Shown: positions 36,077 through 48,766, counted from the first letter of the whole stretch. The stretch: 61,065 bases of DNA, filler included, from Stramenopiles sp. TOSAG23-6 (GCA_900128565.1; 16 parts of 16 records of this genome joined end to end with filler, not necessarily neighbours in it); one strand, 5' to 3'. The notes: generated by a model not told the origin, from the letters alone. Translations and numbers: made by a program.

Positions 36077-36352
36077 TATTGATAATACAGGTAATGTTTC
36101 TTACAATATGTGCATCTAATTACAATGAGGGGCTGCTAACTACTATAGTAAGTAATCTTTTGTGTAAGTACAAGATTGAAATTTGACGTCGACCACACTG
36201 AAACTCTTCTTTCCTGGATTTCGTGTTTTCCGTTAATTTTTCCCGCCCAAAAGCGTATCCAACTTTTTTAAAAATTTTGAAAACAAAGTGCTTCAACCCT
36301 TCAACTGCTCCTTCATTTTATCTTTCTTCGGATTAAAGATCTTTGAATCACA

Positions 36353-36934
36353 ATGAAATTTTACCATGCTGGAGAAACTTTTGGCTCGTTTATTTTCGTA
36401 AGTCAAGTACTTGCCGCAAGGGGAGACCACTTGAAAATGGCGGTTTCCCTTATTGTCGCAATTACGGCATCTCACGGAGCGCTCATTAATCCAGCCGGTG
36501 AAATTCTGGGTATGGCCACAGAAACATCAAACTTCGATCCATCTGCGCTTTTTTCCCAGCTTCTTGGAGCTTTTATTGCATTACAATGCCATAACGCTCT
36601 TTATGGGGAAAACCGAACAGAAAAAACAAAGTTTTCTTACGGCGCAAGTGACTATCACAAGGCGGTTTTACAGGAGTTCATGGGGACTTTGACTCTCGGC
36701 GCAGTTGCTCAGTCAAATGATGCTTTTGCAAACGCTGCTGCACTATTCTTTGCACTCAACACTTTCAAAGGTGACTTCAATCCTGCTGTCGCTCTCATCC
36801 GTTACCTGAATTCAACTGAACAAGACACTTACAACCTTTTTACTCAAGTTGCTGCACAAGTAACTGGATGGTTCGCAGCTGGAAAACTTTTGGCTACCAT
36901 GAACGCATACAGCGGCAGCAGCGGATATTATTGA
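36353..36934 (+). CDS. Compact, divergent MIP/aquaporin-like channel
   Basis: Two NPA motifs (SHGALINPA, GDFNPAVAL), GETFGSFIFV, QEFMGT, SQLLGA. Confidence 0.7.
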   Translation: MKFYHAGETFGSFIFVSQVLAARGDHLKMAVSLIVAITASHGALINPAGEILGMATETSNFDPSALFSQLLGAFIALQCHNALYGENRTEKTKFSYGASDYHKAVLQEFMGTLTLGAVAQSNDAFANAAALFFALNTFKGDFNPAVALIRYLNSTEQDTYNLFTQVAAQVTGWFAAGKLLATMNAYSGSSGYY

Positions 36935-37287
36935 AGATGTACATCGGATATATTATTATTTGATAGACTTCTGACATTTAAGGAATAATGTCTTTGGTTT
37001 AATTTTTCAAGCTTTGTTTTGAGGTTAAAATCTCGGTTGAAATATAAAAATAAAATTCTTATTTTTTATAACCCTAACCCTAACCATTTCGATTTATTTT
37101 TTTTTCAGATCGGTCCAAGGATATAGATTCCTTGATCGGTCACTTTTTCAAATTGAGTATTCTTGTCATTCTTGTCGACTTCTTTGTTGTGGGTTGTATC
37201 GGCTTTTGGTGGAAAAAAGAGTCCAGAATTGTTGTTGTTTGTTCCCATCATAGACAAAGCAGCATTTCATAGTCTTGATCAAATAAT

Positions 37288-38183
37288 ATGTCATCAAATG
37301 CAGATTCGATTTATGTCCGTGGTAGCAGTGATATTTTTGAGTATTTAACTACAACCCTCAAAACTCGTATTATGATGCTCGATGGGGCAATGGGGACAAT
37401 GATTCAAAAGTACAAACTTGGTGAAGAAGAGTACCGCGGTGCTCGGTTTAAAGACTTTAACGCCCCTGATGGAATCAAAGGAAACAACGACGTACTTTCT
37501 TTATCACAACCTCAAATCATTCGGGAAATTCATGAAAAATATCTTGAAGCTGGTTCTGATATAATCGAAACTAATACTTTTTCGGGCACAACTATTGCCA
37601 TGGCTGACTATCGTATGGAAGACCTCGTCGATGAAATGAATTTTGAATCTGCACGAATTGCTCGTCTAGCGTGTGACAAATATACAACGATGGATCCCAA
37701 TAAGCCGCGTTTCGTCGCGGGTGCGATAGGGCCAACTAATCGTACCCTATCGATATCACCGGATGTTGAAGATGGGGCGACTCGTAATGTGACTTTTGAC
37801 GAATTACGCGAAGCGTACAAGCAACAAGCTCGAGGGCTTCTTCGTGGTGGTTGCGATATTTTAATGGTTGAAACTATATTTGATACTATGAATGCAAAGG
37901 CGGCACTCTTTGCCATTGATGAGTTATTCGAAGAACTAAATACAAAATGTCCTGTATTTATATCTGGAACAATGTACGTTACCCTAACCCTAAGTACATA
38001 CACATGGAATTTTATATCGAAATTTTTTATGAAATATTTCAAACATGGAATTTTTAAATCGAAATTTTGTTTTAACAAATTTCGTAACAAATTTGAAATA
38101 CTTTTTCACAGTACATTGTCGATCAAAGTGGTAGGACACTAAGTGGTCAAAATACTGAAGCATTTTACACATCTCTTCGGCAT
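37288..38183 (+). CDS. MTR: Cobalamin-dependent methionine synthase, 5' part (exons 37288-37973, 38117-38183)
   Basis: [67 protein letters not shown]. Confidence 0.95.
37974..38116 (+). mobile_element. GT-AT intron (diverged family member with a telomere-like doublet)
   Basis: aca at|GTACGTTACCCTAACCCTAA...CACAGTACAT|t gtc gat gives [15 protein letters not shown]; the CAG just upstream is out of frame. Confidence 0.9.
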
Positions 38184-38336
38184 GTATGTTTTATTTTTTT
38201 TCAATTTTGAATTTTTTTTTCGTACGAAATTTTGTANNNNNNNNNNNNNNNNNNNNNNNNNNNNNNNNNNNNNNNNNNNNTTAATTAATTAANNNNNNNN
38301 NNNNNNNNNNNNNNNNNNNNNNNNNNNNNNNNNNNN

Positions 38337-40517
38337 AATGTCGGTGATAATGGACGGGAAAGTAATTCTTCTCTGAACTTTAACTCTAAATTATGAGAAC
38401 TTTCAATAGTTCTGTTTGTATTTTTTATAAACTCTTCCTGTAATTTTAGAAATACATCATCCTCATTTTTATTTGAATCGTCGACGCTTTCAATTGGTAA
38501 CAACGGTAAACTTTTTCGAGCAGATTTCCAAGAGTTAATGATATCATTGTATATATCATCCAAATTCATTTTTTCAAGAACTGTCTTGCGGGTAATTTTT
38601 GATGTTAATCCTAACGACACCTCTTCAAACTTTTCGAATAGTTTTACATCAGGTTTTGTTAGTTTTCCTGCGATATGAAGTTCAGGGAAATTATTCATAT
38701 TAAGTTCTACAAATTGGGATATTGTGAATGGTGGAATAAATTTTTTATCATATCCTTTATCCCATTCGTAATCTTTACCGCTAATTAAATGAGACCCAGG
38801 AAATTGAACATGAGGGTAGTGTTGAATTTCATTATACCACCATGAGTATGTCATCATCGGCTGATGTAGGATTGTCAAGTCTGTTCTAAATCCTTCACAA
38901 AGTGTCAAGTAGCGGAGAACTGTCCATTGTAAGTCGTAAGTAGTTATTAGAAGGGAACCCTGAGGAATATGCGAAACAAGAGCTTTTCCATATTCTTCAA
39001 TATAATGAGCATTGCTCATATCTTGCTCTGNGTACCAGTAGTCTGTTTGGTATTTAATCATGTATGCACCGACTCCAGCAATGATGAAGAGATAGAAGTA
39101 CCAAATTTTGATTTTCAAAGATTCCTTCGATATCCATGAAGATAAGCTAAATTTGCACAGAATATATTCAATTCTACAAACGTCAAAAAGTACATGAAGC
39201 CAAGCTGAAGCTCCGACCCCAAATGTAATGAAGATAATAACATTTGGTTGCATCCAAAATCTCATATGAACNCCAAACAACANCCCTTGGGACAGTGGGA
39301 TATTAGATAATGTATGGAAAATTATCAAGTAAAATGCCCAGGTGAATAATAGAATTTGTCCAATGGAATTTTGTGNTTTTGANANTTNTTTTTTTTNGGT
39401 GCNTTTAGATTNCCCNTTACGACCCCTGTCACGTAGTAATGTTTTTATTGAAGTGATTCTTTTTGAAACTACTTTTTTCCTATTAATATATGGACTATGA
39501 GGGATTTCTCCCATACCAAACTGCCACATAACCTTGAAACCTACAAAGATAAAAGGAATACACAATGGTGAAGGCAACTCTCGTGTAAATAGATCAGAGA
39601 AATAATTAAATAACCTCTCCATTAAACCTGCGACCTTTTCATTTGCACGATTTCCAGAATATAACTGAAGCGTTCCATAATCAGCACGGCGGAAATGATG
39701 GAAAAAACCACACGTATTGAGAAAAAATATTTTTTTTGTAAAATTTGTTAGGTACGAAATTTCGTAGGAAAAAAAATNAANTCGNAANTCATAATGAAAA
39801 CGTACTTATTGTTCCCGTATTTCCCCAACTAGATGGATTAGGAAAATATTTTTCAGCGACTATTAGATATAAGTATGGAGTTAAACCAAGAAGATAGTAA
39901 CCAGCTAGTCGCCAAAACAAAGCTTTAGTAAGTACCCGTTGATGAAACAAAATCCAAAGAAACCAGGAAATTAAAGGTATCTGAAACAGTACTGTTGTAT
40001 GTTGGTTACACATTGCCAAACCACAACAAAATGAACCAAAAATAGCAACATTCGGATCATTTTTCTTTGAAAATAAACATGTAAGATAGACAATCAAGGC
40101 TGCAAAAAAATTATTCATTGCAAACACTTCACTTGATATTGCGTACAACCAGACAAGTGGNGATATTGAATAGAGAATACCAGCCAGGGCGGCGACGACA
40201 ATATTACCTCGTCTTGTATCACGGGTTAATAAATCAACACTTAGGAATACAAAAACACCAGCTAANGAGGCAAAACAACATGACATCATATTTGATCGCC
40301 ACGCTGGAGTACCACCTAACCATTCCATTCGCTTTGTAGCTATGTTGGATAACAATATAAATAGTGGATATCCTGGAGGATGAGCAACACCAAGGCTACA
40401 TGACTCTGCAACTAATTCACCACTATCACCTCCAGCAACAGTCGGATACACTGTCTGTATGTATATTGACATTGGTATTGCAAACACAAGTGCAGAAACT
40501 GTTAGTAAAAGCATCAT
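38337..40517 (-). CDS. TMEM260: TMEM260/DUF2723 membrane glycosyltransferase-like protein, partial (intron 39712-39805)
   Basis: PTVAGGDSGEL....LGVAHPPGYPLF, EVFAMNN, CNQHT, WG..GTISGFFHHFRRADYGT, RFWMQPN. Confidence 0.88.
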
Positions 40518-40753
40518 AGATGCTTTTCCCGGTTTCGCTTGATCTTTCCTTTTTGAAAAGCTAAAGAGAGAGAGAAGAAGTCGCTGCTGTTGCTTGTTCC
40601 TAAAGATTTTTTGAACGATTTTGAATTTTGAGATTTATTTCGTGTTTTTTGAAGTTTGAAACTCGAACTGAACTCGCTCCTTCAGCTCTTATTTTATTTT
40701 TAAAACTTTTTTTATCTCCTCGATCTTTCGCTTTCGAGTGAGTGAGTGTGACT

Positions 40754-42047
40754 ATGATATCTTTTTCTATTCTCCTCGGTATAGTTGCAATCGCTACCGT
40801 GTGCATTATTTACGATCAATCTGAAAAAAATCAACATCGTCGTTTGGATATATCGTTAAATTCGGAATTGCGTCACCGACGTCTAGTTTCTTCAGTAGAT
40901 GGTGACGCGTATGTATCTATGGATAGTGTTGGCTCTTGGGGAGGAAAGTGTACTTGCCCTAGTGGAGAAGTATTTGCAGTAGGAGATTTGAAACAATCGT
41001 GCAAAAATCTTGCATGCTTTGGCGGAACAACAACAACTCCAAAGTGTGACCCGGATAAGAAAACATCAGGAAATTGGAGTAAAAAGAGTGTTCACTGTGG
41101 TGGATCTCTTCACCTACAATATCTTCAGGATTCAGCTTTAACTATGAAAGATGCAGCGAGTGCAAGCTCTAGTAGCATCGACGTGATATATGATAATATG
41201 GAAGGCGCGGGAGGATATGGTGGAACTTGTCTTTGCCCTTCAGGAAAAGCTTACTTCGCTGGTGATGCAAATGGCAGCTCTTGCAAAGACATAATGTGCT
41301 TTGGTGGTGTTATGACAAGCTGTCAAAAATTTGAAAATACCTTATGGAAGAATAAAGGTGTTGCATGTAGCGCAATGATCAGTGGTACCGTGGGTGAAGC
41401 TGTAAAGAAACACNAATCTGNAAAAAAAATACTTAAAGCAGCACAAGTTGAATTTACAGAGGCAAGTGGAGGAACTACACAATGTGCTCAAGAAATCAGG
41501 GGCTATGACGATTGTATCTGTAAAGGTGGACAAATTAGGATGGGATATTCACATCGTTGGACTCACTGGATAAGAAGCGATCGAATGACATGCAACTTTG
41601 AAAATTGGCGAAAAGATCCTTATCAAGGTAAAGCAAAAATCTGTCAATGTAAAATAGAACCAAAAGATGAAAAAACTATAGAAAACGCGAAGGATGCTTT
41701 AGTTACAGCAACGACAAATGAAAATGACACGAAAATTGTAAGAGAAAAAATGGTAAAAGATGATAAAGAGAAAAAGTCGCTGTTTAAGATAGCACTGGAA
41801 ACTTCACCTAATAATTATAAAGAAGCTTACAATGATTTGTTGGCAGCTAAAGCAATAGCTGATGCAAAAGCTGAAGCAGATGCAAAAGCAAAAGCTGAAG
41901 CAGATGCTAAAGCAAAAGCTGAAGCAGATGCTAAAGCAAAAGCTGAAGCAGATGCAAAAGCAAAAGCTGAGGCAGATGCAAAAGCAAAAGCCGAAGCAGA
42001 TGCTAAAGCAAAAGCTGAAGCAGATGCTAAAGCAAAAGCTGAAGCAG
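40754..42047 (+). CDS. Secreted or anchored Cys-rich repeat protein with an AKAEADAK stalk, partial
   Basis: N-terminal hydrophobic segment, RRL motifs, two GG.C.CPSG..F.GD..C...CFGG modules. Confidence 0.65.
41857..42047 (+). repeat. 24-nt coding tandem repeat (AKAEADAK), at least 7 units
   Basis: GCAAAAGCTGAAGCAGATGCWAAA units running into the gap. Confidence 0.9.
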
Positions 42048-42600
42048 NNNNNNNNNNNNNNNNNNNNNNNNNNNNNNNNNNNNNNNNNNNNTTAATTAAT
42101 TAANNNNNNNNNNNNNNNNNNNNNNNNNNNNNNNNNNNNNNNNNNNNACATTTTTACATTTTTACATTTTTAGATTTTTATTAAAAAAAAAAAAAAAAAA
42201 AAAATCACAATATATTATTCTTGCAATGGTTTGGGCCATCGTCTATTCTAATACAAGATACTGCCTATATGACTTTTGATGGTTATTCAGGTGTGCCCAA
42301 TGTAGTGAGTGGAGAGCAGCATATAGCTCCAATGTGGATATCAAATCCTATGATTACGAATGAAAATGCAGCGGCCAAGTTGTATTATATGAGTCATGTT
42401 CAGAATGGATTTCTAATTTTAATGCATTATTTACTTGGCTCGAGTTCTTCTGCCGACATTTGCTTTGTGTTTGGTCAATATGATATGGAGACATATTTTC
42501 ATCGTTTGAGAGCAGAGGAAATACAAAAAGTGAACAAGTTGTTACAGCAAAGTCAACAGATAGCTATGGTAAAGCAACCAATTGAGACAGTCAATGGTAG

Positions 42601-44527
42601 TCTTCTTGCATCATCTCACAAGAAACATCTCCCGAAAGTGAGATTGTGGAGCTTAAGCCACCACCACCACCACCACTACATGTACCGCCAAAAAGCCAGC
42701 CGTATCTCGATGCTCTTCGTCAAAGACAGAAACCTAAACCACAGAGGTCAAAACCATCAGCTGAATCAAAACTTCTCCAACATTCTGCTGCTGCAAGGCA
42801 TCCGAAATACACACGAAACACACGAAAACCTAGAAGAAGTAGACAGAGGAGAGGTAAGCCGCCAATGACCTTTAATGCCTTTAAGTCCATTGCTCGTAGA
42901 GAGGGTGCCAGATTTCCGCCAGATCTCAAAGGCAACACAGCAATAGGCAATTCTTTCCAGCTTTTGTCCGACGAGTCTCAAAGTCTACTGGGCCAAGACG
43001 CGGAAGCAACATTTGAGAAAAAATCAGATGGTCAAAAAGTGGGTAAACACAATGGCAGAGTTCAGACAACGGGTCTTGCCAATAGTATACCAAACAGAGA
43101 AAAGCATCGTCAAAAGGGTAACAAAAAGGCCAGAAGACAAGAACGGCGTAAGCGGATCAAAGAACAAATTGCAACAGCCGAAAGAAAGCATCAGGAGCGA
43201 CTTACCACACAAAAGACTCAGAAGCACAAACTGTTTAAGCTCAAACGAGAAGTAGAGCGTACAAACATTTGGTTGACTGAAAATCATAATTTAATAGCAT
43301 TTGAAATGAATCAGGAAAAGCGAAAAAAAATGCTTGAAATATATCACGAAATGGTGAAAAGTGGATCGAAATTTACACAAAAAAATGATCAATACTTTAT
43401 AATGCAAACTTGGTATTCCAATATAATTGATTTGGACATTGAAAGGAGTACATTGTTAGATGATTCCAATGAGGCAAAAGCATTCGAAAGGAGGGAAAGG
43501 ATTATCACAGAGCAGTTTGATGCGAAATATCCGAATTTACGATTGGAGTACACAGATGTCTGTTGTGTAAACTTCACTTTTCTCATTTTTTTGAAAATTT
43601 GATTTTTTTTTCGTACGAAATTTTGTACCTAACAAATGTTTTTAGATTTTTTTTTTGAAATATTTTTCCAAAATACATGATGTAAGAAACATGGAAAATA
43701 ACTTGAGAATTGTTCAAGAAAATATTTCACGAGTTCATCAGCGTTTTTTATCGTTACCTGAGGCACGTCAGAATACTGCTGATGTTGTTTTTGCTTTGTA
43801 CTATTATGCCTACGAACAGGAAAGGTTGGCACAAAATGAAGTGTCGAGGTTTGTGCAATATTACGGTCAAGATACCTATGATGAATGGAAGTGCGGCATC
43901 CGTAAACAGTTTGAAATCCTGAGAGAAAGGGTTAAAAACAATAAGTCTGAGGTAATGATTACAGATAAAAAACGATGGGATAAAATAAAAGCGGGGCGAA
44001 CTACTCAAAAACGACTTAGACCTGGCCGTAGACGGCAAACCTTTGGTAGACGGCGCGGCAAGAAAAATCAAAGGAAAGCACAAGAATTTGCTTTGAATAG
44101 AAAAGTACAGGAGGCAAATGCAATTTTCACCGAATTATCCGATTTTTTAAGAAAATATCCTGGAAGAAGTTTCTTAAATGAACTCGAGACATCAACGGAA
44201 GCTATCAACTATTACTGCACATCGCTGGAATTTAAAACTACTGATATAATTTGGGCTTATCAAATGAAAGAACAGCAGTATAAATTGTTTGAAAGATTGA
44301 GAAGAGAAGTATTTGCTATTTTGGAAGAATTTATGAAAATGAGTGATGACGAAAAAGATGCATATAAAGAAAACATAGCACAGCAATTACTCATAATTCA
44401 TCTTCGAATGCAGGTGGTAAGTGTAGGTTCGAAATCTATTTCGGTTGAATGGTGTGATAAAATTCTACGTTTTTTTGTGTTTATAGTACTGATGAGATCA
44501 TTTATTTTGTTATTTTATGGGTTCTAA
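42601..44527 (+). CDS. Uncharacterised basic coiled-coil protein (GT-AT intron 43558-43678); probably continues ORF 42221
   Basis: gat|GTCTGTT...core...AATACAT|gat joins the 318-aa and 290-aa ORFs at phase 0. Confidence 0.55.
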
Positions 44528-44558
44528 TCTATAATAAAATCTGGTGTTTTGGCTTACT

Positions 44559-45790
44559 TTACCAAGTATGATTACTCATTGTACCAGGAAATACTTTTAA
44601 TTTTCCACGCTCAGTGATAATAGCATCAACATAAGCCTTCCTTCCACCCACCAGTCCCTTTTCTTCTATTATTTTAACGAGCGCATTATAATCTGTACAA
44701 TTGTTTTCAGTACAACAAGTCAAAAAACTTCTGGATTTGTTATAAATTAGGCAATCTTGCCCTGTTTGAATCTTTACGCAAAAAGTGTCTCCATATTTCA
44801 TTCCTTTTGGTGGTTTCCCCTTCCACATTTTGCTAATTCCTTTACCAGTTGATATTGAAATAAAACTGCCCTTCTCCATATTAGTAGGAGTAATTATGTG
44901 GGAAATTTTTTTGATCTCTTTTCTAATCTTTTTACAATCTTTTTTGTGTGCTGGCCAGTGAGATTTTTGACACGCACTGTTGCAATAAAATACAGATTTA
45001 CAGCGACTACATGTTAAAAGTTTCGCACCTTCACTTTGAGGAATCTTGCCACAAAATGAGCAGCCTCGGTTCTTCTCGTATGCAACCTTTGCTGCCTTAC
45101 AAGCGCCTCTGGACATGATTTGAGTTAGAAGGCAATTGCCTTTCACCGCATCAAACGCAGTGAGACCGGCACCGCATTTCAAAAGAGGATTAGCACCAAG
45201 TTCACCAATAAGAAATTCAAGCACTTCTTTTGTTTTAGGTAGCTCGATGGATGCGTGTACTGCAGTTTCCAGAAATCTATCTGGAATGTCGACGAGCCCT
45301 GTTATTGTATCCTTATTATCATCTTTCAAGTTCAAACGTTTATATTCTGCGACACAAATCCTTGCAATATCCTTAGTGGCATCACACAGCAAGTGAGCAC
45401 AACAATGATGTATGACAGTTTTACCAGTAAGTTCCTTTGAATCCACGCGAGCACCAGCTTTCAAGAGTTCTCGAACAACTCCAACATGACCTGGCGTGTT
45501 ACTACCCAAAGCACTTCCTGATGAATAGCTCCAATTACAGCCAAGTGAAGTGGACTATACCGTAAGAAAGTCTCCCTTCTCTCCAAAAGCTGTCGTTTCG
45601 CATTACCATTTACTTTTGACAACATTTTAACGACACCTGGTTTGTTACCTTGAATAATCAAGAAAGCAAAAGGGGATAGCTTTTGATTTTGAAGACACTC
45701 CTGAATATCACCTCCTTCGAGAGACTGCAACCTCAAAAATTGTTGTTTGTATTGATTCAAAATAGGAGTTTGATCGCCATCTCCGAATGG
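44559..45790 (-). CDS. Ankyrin + MYND zinc-finger protein with an apparent frameshift near 45510
   Basis: SPLHLAV, VVRELLKAGARVD, CSFC...CSRCKSVFYCNSACQKSHWPAHKKDC. Confidence 0.8.
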
Positions 45791-46008
45791 GTTGTTTTTA
45801 TTCAGATTGATATTTGTCGTCTTTGAACGTTTGAACTTGAAAGATGATAATAAGGATANNNNNNNNNNNNNNNNNNNNNNNNNNNNNNNNNNNNNNNNNN
45901 NNTTAATTAATTAANNNNNNNNNNNNNNNNNNNNNNNNNNNNNNNNNNNNNNNNNNNNATAGTATTTGAAATAAATAAACATTTTTGTCATGTAAAAGCA
46001 ANCATCAT

Positions 46009-47688
46009 TCATTGTTTGAATAAAAACAAAAATATTTGCAAACCCGGCGGTTTACCAATCGCTTTTTTGTCGTTTCCAATGTCATATGTGTTTTTACCGT
46101 GATTACCTGTCATCATGTCAGTAAATTTTTTTGGACTAAAATCACTCAATATTGTATTTTGATATGCGATACTTGTGACACTTTTATAACTATCCAACTG
46201 TAGTCTTCTCCGAGCATCGGTGTCCATAGGAACAGATGAGATCAAAACTAAATCTTTTCCATTTTTAGTCGTCCCGAAACCATTTGTGTTTTTAATTGTT
46301 GCATATATCAAATTTTTTTCGTCGTTGTCGCAATTTCCTCGACATTTATCGAATAACTCATGATGTGTTGAATCAAGTGAACATCTGCCATTTTTGAAAT
46401 TGAATTGTTGTGTTATTGTTATTTCACCACAACTGTGTCGTCTTACATCATTTTCTATCACAACTCCAGATTCACAAATTACAGTAACATGTTTATCACA
46501 GACATGATCTTTGGTAATCAAGTATATGATAACACCAAGTAAACCAAGTAAGAGTGTACATGCGATAGAAGTCTGCATGATCTTGGGTGTACATCGTTTA
46601 GTTTGATTTCCGCTCAAAATTGTTGAATTTGTTTTCATTTCATTTTCTTGAACAAATTTCAAGACCCGGTGGATATGGTTTGAACTCTTGGTGATCTTTT
46701 CAAATGAAATTGTAAATTTATATGCAAAGCGGAGAACAACAGCAAGACAAATTGTATCAATCACAACTTCATAAGAACCAAGATCCCTACTTAGATACAA
46801 ACTTAATTGAATTGATCCTAAGAACGAGGTAGTAATCAGCAACTGTATTATAAACACAAATGTTGAGTGATAATTTTGTTTCTCTATTGACAAGAGAAAG
46901 TTTTTCAAAGGTGCACTGTCGTCGCCTTTCTTTGNAGGCTTATCATTCTTCAAAAGATCTTCATTATGTTTCAGTGAATATTTTGTTGCAAACAACAAAG
47001 TAATAAACAAAATAAAAAGCACCCCAAGAGTATATACACCATATAACCATTTCCGAATCATGAGAAAAGTCAAGACAGCAACAATTACAAAAACAGATTC
47101 AAAACATTCTGGAATTAGACAAAAATAAATGTATTGTGTTACTTTGATGTCGTTCGAGAACAATAGTTTCTTAATCTTTCCAATTTCTTTAGGAATTCTT
47201 GCAATAATTTTTGAGCTGAAATCGTTTCCACATTTTCGTAACCAGTGTTGACTAATCTGCCGTATTAAAATAGCTGTAATCACAAAGAACCAAATATACA
47301 TTGAAAGTGAAAATATGTTAACTGGACCACGATATTTAACATTGGCACCCGTAAATGACTCGAGTACAAAGTCAAATAAATAAATATCAAATGCCAAAAA
47401 CGAAGCATACATTATTTTGAGTAAAAATATAAACAGAATAGTGAATACAGACATAGTATTCGTTGGTCGAATGATATTCTTGAACGTTGACCACAGCCCA
47501 AATGTCGGTTGTTGAATTAAAGGTAACCTCTTGTCATAGTCCAGGTGTGGATGATGCTGACGTTTCTCCGATTCTTCTGGTTCTTCTGACTTTTGATTTT
47601 TTGGTACAACTACATTTGATTGTGCACCTTTTGTTTCCTCATCGACTCGTATACCAAGAGGATTCGATTTTGCTTGAGTAATTGGCAT
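46009..47688 (-). CDS. Multi-pass membrane protein with a Cys-containing extracellular region, unknown family
   Basis: About 7 hydrophobic segments followed by a Cys-bearing region with an RRRL motif. Confidence 0.55.
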   Translation of the reverse strand: MPITQAKSNPLGIRVDEETKGAQSNVVVPKNQKSEEPEESEKRQHHPHLDYDKRLPLIQQPTFGLWSTFKNIIRPTNTMSVFTILFIFLLKIMYASFLAFDIYLFDFVLESFTGANVKYRGPVNIFSLSMYIWFFVITAILIRQISQHWLRKCGNDFSSKIIARIPKEIGKIKKLLFSNDIKVTQYIYFCLIPECFESVFVIVAVLTFLMIRKWLYGVYTLGVLFILFITLLFATKYSLKHNEDLLKNDKPXKKGDDSAPLKNFLLSIEKQNYHSTFVFIIQLLITTSFLGSIQLSLYLSRDLGSYEVVIDTICLAVVLRFAYKFTISFEKITKSSNHIHRVLKFVQENEMKTNSTILSGNQTKRCTPKIMQTSIACTLLLGLLGVIIYLITKDHVCDKHVTVICESGVVIENDVRRHSCGEITITQQFNFKNGRCSLDSTHHELFDKCRGNCDNDEKNLIYATIKNTNGFGTTKNGKDLVLISSVPMDTDARRRLQLDSYKSVTSIAYQNTILSDFSPKKFTDMMTGNHGKNTYDIGNDKKAIGKPPGLQIFLFLFKQ

Positions 47689-48115
47689 AGTTTCCAAATT
47701 GAAAGATAATACTGTTACAGATGGAGAGATATAGAGGAGGAGGAGGAGAAGATATATACGCGCGAAACAAAGAAAAAATTAAAAAACATTTGAATTTTTT
47801 TGAATTTTTTCGCGCAAAATTTGCTTGTTCGAATTTATTTTAATTGTGAAAAAAAAAAGTTGATCAAAAGATGAGAGAGAGATCAGCATCACACGAAAAC
47901 TCGTGAAAACTAAGCTAAATAAAAATTCAACATGTTTTCGACAATATTTTTTTTTACTTATACGTAAATTATATAATATATAATATTCTATATATAATAT
48001 AACAATATCATTTCCAAAAAATTATAATTTATTTTATAATTTTTTGATTTTTTTGTATGAAATTTTGTACCTAAGAATATTTTTTTTCATACTACATTTT
48101 GTACTTTACATATAT

Positions 48116-48596
48116 TTACATTACGAGATCTTCTGGATTTGTTGACGAAGAAAGACCTTCATCATAATTTTGTTGAATTCTCTCCGTCCAATATGAAAAA
48201 TTGTCATTTTTTGTACCAAATTTCGTACCTAAAGATGATGTCGTTGTTTTCGTACCAATTTTCGTACCTAAAGAATTCTCTTTATCCTCAATATTTAGTA
48301 TATTGGGAACTTCTCCTTTGACAATGTGTCCAACGACAATGTAGAATCAAAACATATGTCTCAAAAAAAAAAAATGTTAGGTACAACTTTTCATATAAAA
48401 ACAAAATTTCAAAAAAAAAAATTCAAAAAAAAAAAAATCATAATTTTTTTTTTGAAATGAAAACATAAAAAAAAAAGGAAAACATAAAATGAAGACATAC
48501 ACAGTGATATCATCTGGTTTACCACCAATACTTAATTCAGCTGCATTCTTTCCAAGTTGTTTTCGTGCATTTTTAGAAAATGGTGAATCAACAGTT
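48116..48596 (-). CDS. PPTC7: PP2C-family phosphatase, PTC7/PPTC7-like, last two exons (missing from the ORF track)
   Basis: DSPFSKNA...GGKPDDITV|VVGHIV... after removing GT-AT intron 48339-48500; stop at 48116-48118. Confidence 0.75.
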
Positions 48597-48766
48597 TAAT
48601 ATTGTGAAAAAATATATCAAATTTGAAATTTGTTACAAAAAATTCCTTTAGGTACAAAATTTCGTAGCAATTTTTTTTTTTTTTTTTTTTTTTAATTTCG
48701 TACGAAAATTTGTACCTAACAAAAAAAAATTTTCAAAAAAAAAAAAATATATTTTTACCCTTACAG

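Noticed and set aside
48648-48720. Head-to-head inverted cores joining PPTC7 (minus) and XRP2 (plus)
   Set aside because: Both genes lack 5' ends at the junction; most likely a chimeric join through the palindrome and poly-T
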